Source of the DNA: Octopus vulgaris
Lineage: Eukaryota
DNA length: 64,000 bases
Direction: 5' to 3'
Assembly (NCBI GenBank): GCA_951406725.2
Contig: OX597825.1
Coordinates: 73,408,001 to 73,472,000 of the forward strand
Shown here: in pieces, positions 40,580 to 52,489 of the stretch
Numbering within the stretch: the first letter of the stretch is position 1
Layout of the letters: each line of letters starts with the position of its first letter
Program-made: the position numbers and the translations under genes
The notes under the pieces: generated by a model
The model's database searches: none
Told to the model about the DNA's origin: nothing
What the model saw: only the letters and a program-made list of their open reading frames with translations

Positions 40580-41425
40580 CTCTTTACTCTTTTACTCTTT
40601 TACTTGTTTCAGTCATCTGACTGTGGCTATACTGGAGCACCACCTTTAGTCAAGCAAATCGACCCCAGGACTTATTCTTTGTAAGCCTAGTACTTATTCG
40701 AACCGCTAAGATGTGGGGACGTAAACACACCAGCATCAGTTGTCAAGCGATGTTGGGGGGGGCAAACACAGACACACAAACACACATACATACATATATA
40801 TATATATAACGGGAAGCTTTATAAAAATAAACAAAAGACGAAGGCAGGTGGAATACAGCTATGCATTTCGCCCGGCGTGCTAACGTTTCTGCCAGCATGC
40901 TACCCTTTAGAAGGAAGGATATTCTTTTTTACTCTAGGCACAAGTCCCGAAATTTGGGGGGAGCGGGGCAGTTGATTAGATCAAACCCAGTACGCAACTG
41001 GTACTTAATTTATTGTCCACCCAGCCCCAAAAGGATGAATGGCAAAAAATCAACCTCAGCAGAATTTGAACTCCGAACGTAAAGTCATACGAAATACCTC
41101 TAAGCATTTCGCTCAGCATGCTAACAATTCTACCAGCTGGCCACCTTACAAACTACAATATTGCAAATGCAAAAATATAGTATATTCGACAATCGAATAT
41201 CTCCATAGCCAGCCAGCTCAGCAATTGTATTAGTATGGCGCTCAGGAATATAAATAAAACAAGTCTTTTACGTTTCGAGCCAACGCTCTTCAACAGAAAG
41301 ATACACAGAAAAGAAAAGAAACACGGAGAGAAACAAGGTGAGAAAAAAAATGCGTGCAGAGGCTAGCGAACAATGGGCTTCTTTCAGTTTCCGTCTACCA
41401 AATCCACTCACAAGGCTTTGGTCAA
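40580..41425 (-). mobile_element. SINE S1 interrupted by a family B hammerhead element, itself interrupted by an inverted duplication (40858-41226)
   Basis: S1 halves at 40580-40807 and 41372-41425; element halves 40808-40857 and 41226-41371 align to 20530-20715. Confidence 0.75.
41264..41301 (-). ncRNA. Hammerhead-like motif, family B (A6U core)
   Basis: TCTTT-CTGTTGA-A-GAGC-gttg-GCTC-GAA-ACGT-A-AAAGA. Confidence 0.6.
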
Positions 41426-42209
41426 CTACCAACACTAAAAAGGTTACTCTCTACCTGACTAAAAAATAAAATATGCATTATAGTGTTGAATATATTGTCT
41501 TCATTCATAACCCATTGTATGTATATACTACAACATCTAATTTAGTTTCTTTTCTCATAACCCGTTGTCACTAATATATTCCTCCTTCTCTACCAATTTT
41601 ATTACAGCACTACAAGTTATAAGATATATTAAAAGTTAGTCAATGTCTCAAATATTATGGAGAGCAATAAACCGTATTAATAAAGAAATAGAAAAAAAAA
41701 ATTTAGTGACAATCACTTTTTATTTTGTAATTTTATTCTAGACAATTAAATAATTTAATATTTTATTATTTGTAAAATGTAATTAATATTTTACTGTTAC
41801 ACCAGGACGTTGGTGAGTTGGCAGAATTGTTAGTGTACTGGTTAAAATGCTTAGTAGCTAACCATTTTTTTTCTCTTTTGTATTCTGTGTCCAAATTCTA
41901 CTGAGATTAATTTTGCCATTCATTCTTTTGGGGGTCACTAAGATGGTATCAGTTAAACAATGTGGTCAGTCTAATTGACTTGCTCCCTCCCCTAAAGATT
42001 TCTCACATTGTGCCCAAATTAGGAAGAATTATATGTTTATACTGAGAACTATTCTTAATAGAGTTGTCAGAAAGTCGGACAAAATGTTTTGCGATACTTA
42101 ATAATAGTTGTTAATGATCTGAGTTCAATTCTTACCAAATTGCACTTTGTCTTTTACTCTTCCAGGGTCAAGAAGCCCTCACACTTCAGTAATCAATTGA
42201 GGGATTTAA

Positions 42210-42411
42210 CCCTTTCATTACTCAGTGTTTCTTTCAAGTACTTTAAATATAACAAAGAATTTAGCAAAATAACTTAGTTATCATTCAGCTACTGTTAGGA
42301 ACATAAATTGTGACTAACGTTTGGTGGAAGATTTTAATTCAAAACTTATGAAAACAAGACATTTGTACTACAGAGCCAGAGCCGGTTTCAGCTGGGTTGA
42401 TAACGAAAGAG
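42210..42411. mobile_element. piggyBac-like MITE
   Basis: TTAA flanks; homologous to 1637-1857. Confidence 0.85.
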
Positions 42412-42519
42412 TTAAACATGGCCAACCTGCTCTAAACCTTTTGGCAATGAACCAATGAGAAAGCCTGTACTCCAAGGCAAAATTTCAGTTACCTCGACGC
42501 ATGCTGTTGTCAACAACTT

Positions 42520-43045
42520 CATACATACATACATACATACATACATACATACATACATACATACATACATGCATGCATGCATGCATGCATACATACATAC
42601 ATACATACATACATGCATGCATACATACATGCATGCATGCATGCAGGCATGCATGCATACATACATACATACATGCATACATACATACATACATACATAC
42701 ATACATGCATGCATCCATACATACATACATACATGCATGCATACATACATGCATACATACATACATGCATGCATGCATGCATACATGCATACATACTTAC
42801 ATGCAGAGAGATGCTTACATACACTACATTCATACCTACATACATACAGAGAGATGGACAGACAGACAAATGGACAAACAGATGTAAAGACAGATGGATG
42901 GAGGGGCAGACAGATAGATAGATAAACAGATATATAGACAGACAGTCAGATAGACAGACAGACAAGTAGATAGATAGATAGATACAGACATATAGATACA
43001 CACACACACACAGACACATGCACACACACACACACACACACATAT
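42520..43045. repeat. (CATA)n/(CATG)n and (GATA)/(CA) microsatellites
   Basis: Directly visible. Confidence 0.95.
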
Positions 43046-43560
43046 GAACATCGTCTTTATTATGATCACCATCATCATCATTTAACATCCATTTTTCTAT
43101 GCTGGACAATTGAACAGTAGCTGAAAAGCCGGAGAAGCTGTGTCTGCTTCGGCATAGTTTCTATGGCTGGGTTCATTATTTAATAAATGCACACACATTT
43201 ATGAATTAAGATTATGATCACTTCATATTCCTGTCAGGATTTACAACTTCAGTTTAAAAAAAATCTTATTTCTGACATCATCATCATCATCACTAACTCT
43301 TCAGTTTCTATGGCAACAAACAGTAGCAATCACACGTGCTATATTTCATTAAAACAAAATATTATCATATTAATTAGGGCAGTTCTTCTAAATAGAATAT
43401 TGATTTCCATATTGGTGCGTGGTCACACGTGGAATGAAACGGGGGTGGGGTGATAATTAATTAGATCACCTCCATTCCGCCACTTCAAGGGTACATCAGC
43501 TCACCAAATGACAAACATAATTACCAATTTTTTGATGTTCTTTAGGCTCAAAACTTCTTC

Positions 43561-43593
<33 letters not shown>

Positions 43594-44149
43594 GTTTAAC
43601 GTCCGTTCTCCATGCTAGCATGGGTTGGACGGTTCGACCGGGGATCTGGGAAGCCAGAAGTCTGTACCAGGCTCCATGATAAAGTCAATTTCAAATTTTG
43701 GCACAAGGCCGGCAATTTCAGAGTAGGGGGTGGGGTAAGTTGATCCCGTTAAACCTGGAGTTCAACTGGTACTTATTTCATCGATCCCGAAAGATTGAAA
43801 GGGAAAGTCAACCTTGGTGGAATCTGAACCCTGAATGCAAAGATGCACAAACTGCTACTAAGCGATGTTGTCCAGTGTGCTAACGATTCTGCCATCTTGC
43901 CATTTTCTTCTTCATGATAGTATTTACCATTTTTCAAAGGTGACTACCTGGCAGAATCATTAACATTCCAGGCAAAATGCTTAGCAGCATTTCTACCTTC
44001 TGAGTTCAAGTTCTGCAGAGGTTGACTTGACATTTCATTGTTTTGGTATCAATAAAGTCAGTACCAGTGTTCAACTGGTACTAACTTTATTGATACTAAA
44101 ACGATGAAATCAAAATTTTATTGATACCACATAACCACTTAATCATTTG

Positions 44150-44335
44150 GCACGTAAAAAGCACCCACTACACTCGCGGAGTGGTTGGCGTTAGGAAGGG
44201 CATCCAGCTGTAGAAACATTGCCAGATTAGACTGGAGCCTGGTGCAGCCTTCTGGCTTCCCAGATCCCCGGTCGAACCGTCCAACCCATGCTAGCATGGA
44301 GAACGGACGTTAAACGACGACGATGATGATGATGA
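44150..44335 (+). mobile_element. RTE-tail element
   Basis: Near-identical inverted partner at 43563-43676. Confidence 0.8.
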
Positions 44336-45209
44336 ATTTCGATGTGTATTCTAAGATATGGAACGTAGTTAAATGGTGAGGATACTAAGCAAAGGCTACA
44401 TCCTTATTTTCAAAACGATTCTTATCACAGATCAATCCAAATACACACCATACATACGAAGCTTTCTAACGACATGTTAAATTCTCTGCATTAATTAAAA
44501 GCAATCATCTGTTGACTGAAGTAATCAATAATTTACATTTTTCAAGAATTAATTCTTTGCTGAAAGTAATTTATTTTTGATCAGATTTTCATGATTTTCA
44601 TTGAAATTTTGCAAGACTTAAAAGGAGTAATACCAGAAACATTTGAAGCTAATTTGGATGATATCGTTATCCTGGTTTCGTTTTTGTTTGGTATAATCGT
44701 TTCATTGTATCTCTGATACTTTTATATCAGTTTAGAAAGGAACGTTACTCTTTCTTTGCTCAATTAAAAATAATTTGATTACACTCCAAACTAATCAGAT
44801 AAAACTAAACGAAAGAGGGAGTAGAAAAATTTTAGTCTTGGAAATATTTGTAAAATTTTTGAAAAACTTTTACTTTAGTACATTTACACTTAATTTATTA
44901 AATGAAGAATACTTTGGAAGTCAAAGAGAAAAGAAAATATCAGTAAAATTTGCAAACATTTTCAAGTTTCTACCTATAATTGAATTATAATTGAATTTGT
45001 GCAGGAAATACTACCTGAGATGTTTTAGTTCTTTGCCAAATAAATAAAGCTCAATAATTTGCTTGATTTAATAAATGCTGAAATTCTTTTTTAGAATATT
45101 CCATGCATTTGTGAAGAAATGGTTTCAGATGATGTTATATCGGCGAGATTAGAAACCAGATTGCTTCCAGTTTCTTAACAACTGTTTATCAGGCATTCTT
45201 TTTGTCTGA

Positions 45210-45252
<43 letters not shown>

Positions 45253-45620
45253 GTTTAACGTCTGCTTTCCATGCTAGCATGGGTTGGATAATTTGACTGA
45301 GAACCGGCGAACCAGATGGCTACACCAGGATCCAATCTTGATCTGGCAGAGTTTCTACAGCTGGATGCCCTTCTGAGAGTATAGTGGGTGCTTTTACGTG
45401 CCACCAGCATGGGGTCCAATCAGGCGGTACTGGCAACAACCTCGCTTGAATCTTTTTACACATACCACTGGCACAGGTGCCAGTAAGGCGATGCTGGTAA
45501 TGATCACGCTCGAATGGTGCTTTTTACATGCCACTAGCACAGAAGCCAGTTAGCCACTCTGGCAATGATCACGCTCGGATGGTGCTATTAGCACTCTACT
45601 ATCACTGGGCTCAAGTGCCA
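45210..45620 (-). mobile_element. RTE-tail element with diverged internal tandem units
   Basis: Same tail and CACGCTCGGATGGTG units as 47762-48330. Confidence 0.75.
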
Positions 45621-46012
45621 GTAATGAAAAGTAAAAAAGCTCCAGCATGAGCTTAACCAAGTTACTTCAAACAAATTAAAGACTTTGGAGCAAAGACTGC
45701 AGAAAAATCGATGAATCATGTGACCACAATTGCTGTTGCTGTTATCGTTGTTTAGCCCCTGGTCGGCTCTGATCAAGAAAACCTGTAATCAAAAGTATTC
45801 CATTTGTGACAGTCTGCACATTTTGTATACCTATGACTGAATTATCCAATGTGTCCTTCCTTACATGAACTTGGGCATCTCCAGATGCTTCAGTGTGGTT
45901 TCAGTGGGGTTTCACAGAGAGGCAAAGTGCCCAGAGGAGGCTTCCTTGAGAGAACTCTGGTTTCCATCGCTGACAACACCAATTGCCATTCCTGCCTCAC
46001 ATCCCAGCTCAC

Positions 46013-46190
46013 CCTTAACGCTGGCTGTGAAGCCATTTTGGTGGTCTCCCTTGGGGAGCCAGCCAGAACATTTTGCTGACGGTTGCTTCTGATGTGACCT
46101 TCTGGTGGGGGCATGTCTGAGGACTCTGCTCCTCCACCACCACCACCACCACCACCACCACCACCTACAAACCTCACAGGACTTAGAGGG
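46013..46190 (-). CDS. Candidate alternative exon in the SK intron (poly-Gly, Pro/Ser-rich)
   Basis: Acceptor ctgtctttgtag, donor agg|gtgagc, GC-rich. Open frame PLSPVRFV(G)nAESSDMPPPEGHIRSNRQQNVLAGSPRETTKMASQPALR; no recognised homology. Confidence 0.3.
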
Positions 46191-47595
46191 CTACAAAGAC
46201 AGATGGACTGATGGGTGATTACAACATCACCACCACCATCACACTCATCATCATCATCATCATCATCATTGTCGTCGTCATCATCATCATGATCATTGTC
46301 ATCGTCATCATCATCATCATCATCATCATCATTATCGTCACTAAATACCACATGGCATACTGTAAGAAGGTCTTTTGATTCCACCATTCCTCATACACCT
46401 AACAAGAATCTAAAATTGATTTCAAATTTTGGCACAAGGCCAACAATCACAGGGGAGGGGACACCTCTCAATTATAATTGACCCCAAAAATGATATTTGA
46501 ACTCAGAACAGGAACTACAAAGAAATGCTGCCAACCATTTTGCCTGGCACTGTAACGATTGTGTCAGCTCATCGTCTTGAACAGGAATCTAACATCGGTT
46601 TAAAATTTTTGGTTTAAGGCCAGCAGTTTCGGGCAGAGGGGTTATGCCAATTACATTGACCCCAGTGTCCAAATGGTACTTATTTTATTAACCCTAAAAA
46701 GATGACCAACTAAGTCGACCTCGGCGCCATTTGAACTCAGAACGGAAAGCCAGAAGAAATGTCGCTAAGCATTTATCCTTGTACAGTAACAATTCTACCG
46801 AGTTCCTATTGAACAAGAATCTAATATTAAGAGAATTATTTTATTGATTTTCCCGAATCATATTTTCGAGATAAATATACCGTTTATATCTTCCCCCAGT
46901 TGTTTGTAACATATTACAGAGATTATACAATAAAACTTATCTCTGTCTGAATAATTCTTCATATTAATGCAGCACAGAGAATTTATGAACCAATGAAAGA
47001 AGCTCTGTGAGTCGTAGGCAAACTGTGGCCCGTGGGACACTCTGAATGGCATGTCTAATGAAAGATTACCTTCAGTTTTCTAGTAGTGTGATCTGCTTGG
47101 TGATGAGTTATGTCTCATGTAGCCCACTTCATGACAAGGGTTACTCATGACCATTGCATGTGGCTTTAAATTTTGCTAGAAATAGCAACTGAGTCTCCTT
47201 CATGTTACACTCAAAGTGTCTTCAATAAAGAAAGGGCACATTAGATAATGCAGTTCTATAACTCTCCCACTCTGCCACTCCACCCTATCCTGCCAAAGAG
47301 AAAGGCATGATGATCATGGTTGGAATATCGAAATATCTTTGGTTGTAGGTTTACTCGATCAAGTTCGCAGTGGGGCTAAGAGCCAACAACGCCAAAGCTG
47401 CCTCTACCAGCATCACCACCACCCACCACCAACACTACCTATCACTACCATCACCATCACCATCACCAGCAGCAGCAGAAGCAGCAGCAGCAGCACCACC
47501 ACCACCATCACTGCCATCACCACCAAAAACAACAACAATAACAACAACAGCATTTGATGAGATATTATTTCTGTTTTTAAAATTATGAATCTATA

Positions 47596-47692
<97 letters not shown>

Positions 47693-47761
47693 GTATATAT
47701 ATATATAATGTATATATATATATATATTTATATATATATTTTATATATATATATATATATA

Positions 47762-48915
47762 TCATCATCATCATCATCATCATCGTTTAACGTCCGCTTT
47801 CCATGCTAGCATGGGTTGGACGGTTCAACTGGGGTCTGGGAAGCCCGAAGGCTGCACCAGGCCAGTCAGATGTGGCAGTGTTTCTACAGCTGGATGCCCT
47901 TCCTAACGCCAACCACTCCGAGAGTGTAGTGGGTGATTTTATGTGCCACCGACACAGGTGCCAGACGAGGCTGGCAGACGGCCACGCTCGGATGGTGTTT
48001 TTTATGTGCCACCGACACAGGTGCCAGACGAGGCTGGCAGACGGCCACGCTCGGATGGTGTTTTTATGTGCCACCGACACAGGTGCCAGACGAGGCTGGC
48101 AGACGGCCACGCTCGGATGGTGTTTTTTATGTGCCACCGACACAGGTGCCAGACGAGGCTGGCAGACGGCCACGCTCGGATGGTGTTTTATGTGCCACCG
48201 ACACAGGTGCCAGACGAGGCTGGCAGACGGCCACGCTCGGATGGTGTTTTCTTATGTGTCACCGACACAGGTGCTAGACGAGGCTGGTGGACGGCCACGC
48301 TCGGATGGTGTTTGTTACGTGCCCTCAGCACGGAGGCCAGTCATTGCGGTACTGGCTACGGTCACGTTCGGATGGTTTTCTTATGTGCCACCGGCACTGG
48401 TACCACAAGGATACAAATTCCATTGATGTTCATCTATTTTGATTTGGTTCGATTTGATTTGATACGATTCGATTCGATTCTCACTTGCCTCAACAGGTCT
48501 TCACAAGTGTCACAAGAAGGAAGGTATGCACAGGTGGACTGACTACGTCCCAGGTAGGGGCCACGGATTATGGCTTCACTAGTCTTGCCGGGTCTTCTCA
48601 CGCACAGCATACTTCCATAGGTCTCGGTCTCTAGTCATTTCCATGGTGAGACCTAACGTCCGAAGGTCGTGCTTCACCACCTTGTCCCAGGTTTTCCTGG
48701 GTCTACCTCTTCCACGGGTTCCCTCAACTGCTAGGGATTGGCACTTTCTCACACACCTCTCTTCATCCATTCTCGCCACATGACCATACCAGCGCAATCG
48801 TCTCTCTTGCACACAACAACTGATGCTTCTTAGGTACAACATTTCTCTCAAGGTACTAACGCTCTGTCGAGTAAGTACACTGACATTACACATCCATCGG
48901 AGCATACTGGCTTCA
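47762..48915 (-). mobile_element. RTE-clade LINE, 5'-truncated (ORF C-terminus 48915-48579 plus 3' UTR and (GAT)n tail)
   Basis: EASMLRWMC...[13 protein letters not shown]...[12 protein letters not shown]...DL...DRDLW is the characteristic RTE C-terminus; flanked by (TA)n. Confidence 0.92.
47938..48330. repeat. About 61-62-bp GC-rich minisatellite, about 6 near-identical copies, in the LINE 3' UTR
   Basis: Unit ATGTGCCACCGACACAGGTGCCAGACGAGGCTGGCAGACGGCCACGCTCGGATGGTGTTTTT. Confidence 0.95.
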
Positions 48916-48923
48916 TATATATG

Positions 48924-48955
<32 letters not shown>

Positions 48956-48957
48956 TG

Positions 48958-48998
<41 letters not shown>

Positions 48999-49532
48999 AT
49001 ATATATATATATATTTATATGTATATATATATACATGTATGTATGTGTATATATATATGTGTGTATGTATATATATAAATATATATATAGAGAGAGAGAG
49101 ACACACACAGACAGTCAGACAGATAGAGAGGGATATTGATACACACACACACACACACACACATATCATAAAAATATAATTGAACATATCCAAATAGATA
49201 TAACCTTTTAAGAGAACATTAATTCAAGAACGTTCGTATCGCAAAACTCCATGCATATGTTCAATTTTTAAGAAAAAAATGTAATTTGACACATGCCAGC
49301 ATAAAAAAAAAATTACAAATTAAAGAAACAAGGTAGAATTTTAATTTTTTTTTTTCTTTTTCCATATTATATGAACTTATATCATATCATATCAGCATAT
49401 ATTAATGTATATTATGTTATATTATTTATCACATTAACATGTATTCCAATACAAGTCAATCTGAACACTCAGCCGTTTCTCTGACTCGACCCTAACAAAG
49501 AAATACACCATTATGAATTCATTTAAGTCACC

Positions 49533-50143
49533 ACTCTTTTACTCTTTTGCTCTTTTACTTGTTTCAGTCATTTGACTGCGGCCATGCTGGAGCACCATCG
49601 TTAGTGGAGCAAATCGACCACCCGGGACTTATTCTTTGTAAGTCTAGTACTTATTCTATCGGTCTCTTTTGCTGAACCGCTAAGTTACGGGGACGTAAAC
49701 ACACCAGCATCGGATGTCAAGCGATGTTGGGGGGGGGACAAACACAGACACACAAACATATACACACCCATACAAATATATATACAGTTAATCCAAACAT
49801 GAAAGCACAAAAAAAAACACAACAACGTGAGGACGTGGAACAAATATAGTATTATTGGAAGCTCAGGAAAGAAGGAAAGAAGGAGGGTTTAACGTTTCGA
49901 GCGGAGCTCTTCGTCGGAAACATAGGAGAGGGAAAGATCCAGAGAAGGGAAGACAGAGGAAAAAAAATCGCCAATGGTACACACGCGGTGATGGGTTTCT
50001 TTCAGTTTCCGTCTACCAAATCCACTCACAAGGCTTTGGTCGGCCCGAGGCTATAGTAGAAGACACTTGGTCAAGGTGCCACGCAGTAGGACTGAACCCA
50101 GGAGCATGTGGTTGGTAAGCAAGCTACTTACCACACAGCTACT
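49533..50143 (-). mobile_element. SINE S1 interrupted by a family A hammerhead element (49785-49989)
   Basis: S1 halves flank the insert at the central TA tract. Confidence 0.85.
49887..49921 (-). ncRNA. Hammerhead motif, family A, U4C core change
   Basis: GTTT-CCGACGA-A-GAGC-tcc-GCTC-GAA-ACGT-T-AAAC. Confidence 0.6.
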
Positions 50144-50745
50144 CGTGTATAAAAGCTTAACACATGATCAGAAATAAACTCCAGAAGAACAAAGAAAGTA
50201 ACACTCTGACTGAGTTTGTTTCATCTAGGTCTCTTCTTGGGCTTTCTCCAGAATTTAGAAGTATACAGTGAAATAGAACTGGACACTAGAAGAACTGGAA
50301 TATTCTAGTAATGCCACACTGGTCCTCAAATAGTAAGTCATTGGAGACTGCATACTAGGGAGTGTGTAGTGTGATTATTCAGTAAAATTGGAGTGCTTCT
50401 GGTCGTCAGCCTTTGCTGCGTCTAGTCATTAGTCCTTTTTTAATACCAGCTCAATCGAGACCGAGGCTGCCTTTCTCTCTCTCTGGTTCCATGGGACAAA
50501 CCTCTTGTTTTTTGATGTGATTTAATTATTGACCTTCCATAGAAATTTCAGTTAATTTATTCCAGACTCCGCCTTAATATTGACAAAGTTATCATCAGGG
50601 GAGGAGGAGAAGGAAGTGGATGAGGAGGGGGAAGGGAGAAAGAAAGGAAGAAGAGGGGAGGAGAGGGAATAATTGTCACATATTACATTTACAGATATAT
50701 ATATATATATATGTTTATATGCATATATATGTATATATATGTATA

Positions 50746-50788
<43 letters not shown>

Positions 50789-50836
50789 GTATGTATATAT
50801 ATATGTATATATATATGTATATATATGTATATATAA

Positions 50837-50894
<58 letters not shown>

Positions 50895-51110
50895 GCATAT
50901 ATATATATGTGTATATATATATACGTATATATATGTATATATATATATACACGAAATAAAAACTAGAAATATTTATAAAATATTAGCAACATTTACGGTT
51001 TTATAGAGATCAAACTTTTCCGTTGAAAGGTTGTCACAAATTATGATAATAAATTAAGACTGTAATTGCATGCTAGATGATTGACAAAGTTGACTAACCA
51101 TGACATACGT

Positions 51111-51158
<48 letters not shown>

Positions 51159-51504
51159 CTCTCTCACACACACTCACACTTCATGCATAAACTGCTTTCA
51201 ACATGCAATGAAGAGGATTCAACACAGATCAAGATATGATTAAATAATTAAGTTAAACCACAGAATTAGTTATGGTTTTATTTCAATAATCCAGATTAGG
51301 TTCCTGCTTATTAATGTTTTGGAATCAGGCTCTAGAGGCACAAGCATAGCTATGTGATAAAAAAGCTTGCTTTGTAACCATGTGGCTTCAGGTTCATTCC
51401 CACTGCATTGCAACTTGGGCAAGTGTCTTCTAATAACAGTGCCATAACAATAAACACATTGTGAGTGAATTTGGTGATGGAAACAGTGTGGAAGGCCACC
51501 ATAT

Positions 51505-51547
<43 letters not shown>

Positions 51548-51548
<1 letters not shown>

Positions 51549-51744
51549 TCTTTTATTCTTTTACTCTTTTACTTGTTTCAGTCATTTGACTGCGGCCATG
51601 CTGGAGCACCGCCTTTAATTGAGCAACTCGACCCCGGGACTTATTCTTTGGAAGCCCAGTACTTATTCTATCGGTCTCTTTTGCCGAACTGCTAAGTGAC
51701 AGGGACATAAACACACCAGCATCAGGACAAACACAGACACACAA

Positions 51745-51785
<41 letters not shown>

Positions 51786-51949
51786 CGACGGGCTTCTTTC
51801 AGTTTCCGCCTACCAAATCCACTCACAAGGCTTTGGTCGGCCTGAAGCTATAGTAGAAGACACTTGCCCAAGGTGCCACGCAGTGGGACTGAACCCAGAA
51901 CCATGTGGTTGGTAAGCAAGCTACTTACCACACAGCCACTCCTGCGCCT
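51548..51949 (-). mobile_element. SINE S1
   Basis: Family match. Confidence 0.9.
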
Positions 51950-52267
51950 ATATATATATATTTATATAAATTTATATAAATAAGGATAAGATCGTTATTT
52001 AAATATCGAACTTATCAAGTGGCCAGCATGGGAATAAAAACCTTCAATGGTAATAATTATCATTAAAATTATAATTTAGGGTATCTAAGAGATACCACCA
52101 CGCTTGAAATAGCAGCCAAAACTTGACTCTAAAACCACATTAAAAATTCATACAAAGACAAAAAGACAAAATAAACTAGCAAAAAAATTACTGGATAATT
52201 CCAGATCCCAGATTTCTGGCTTTGCATAAAAAATGCAATGCCTCTTCAGTGGAATATACATAGCACA

Positions 52268-52312
<45 letters not shown>

Positions 52313-52489
52313 GATATACTATACATATATATACATACATACATATATATGCACATATGCACCCGGTGATAGATGGCATATGTGTGAGGGAGATAATTAA
52401 ATGTTTTATATTTATATATTTATACCATAAACTGTCATAGATTTTATCAAGAACTTGGTTATGTAAAAATTACTCTATATTTCTATCAC

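Noticed and set aside
47787-48542. 200-aa repetitive ORFs and a CRISPR-like appearance
   Set aside because: Head-to-tail minisatellite with no unique spacers, unit length not fixed at a multiple of 3, inside a LINE UTR.
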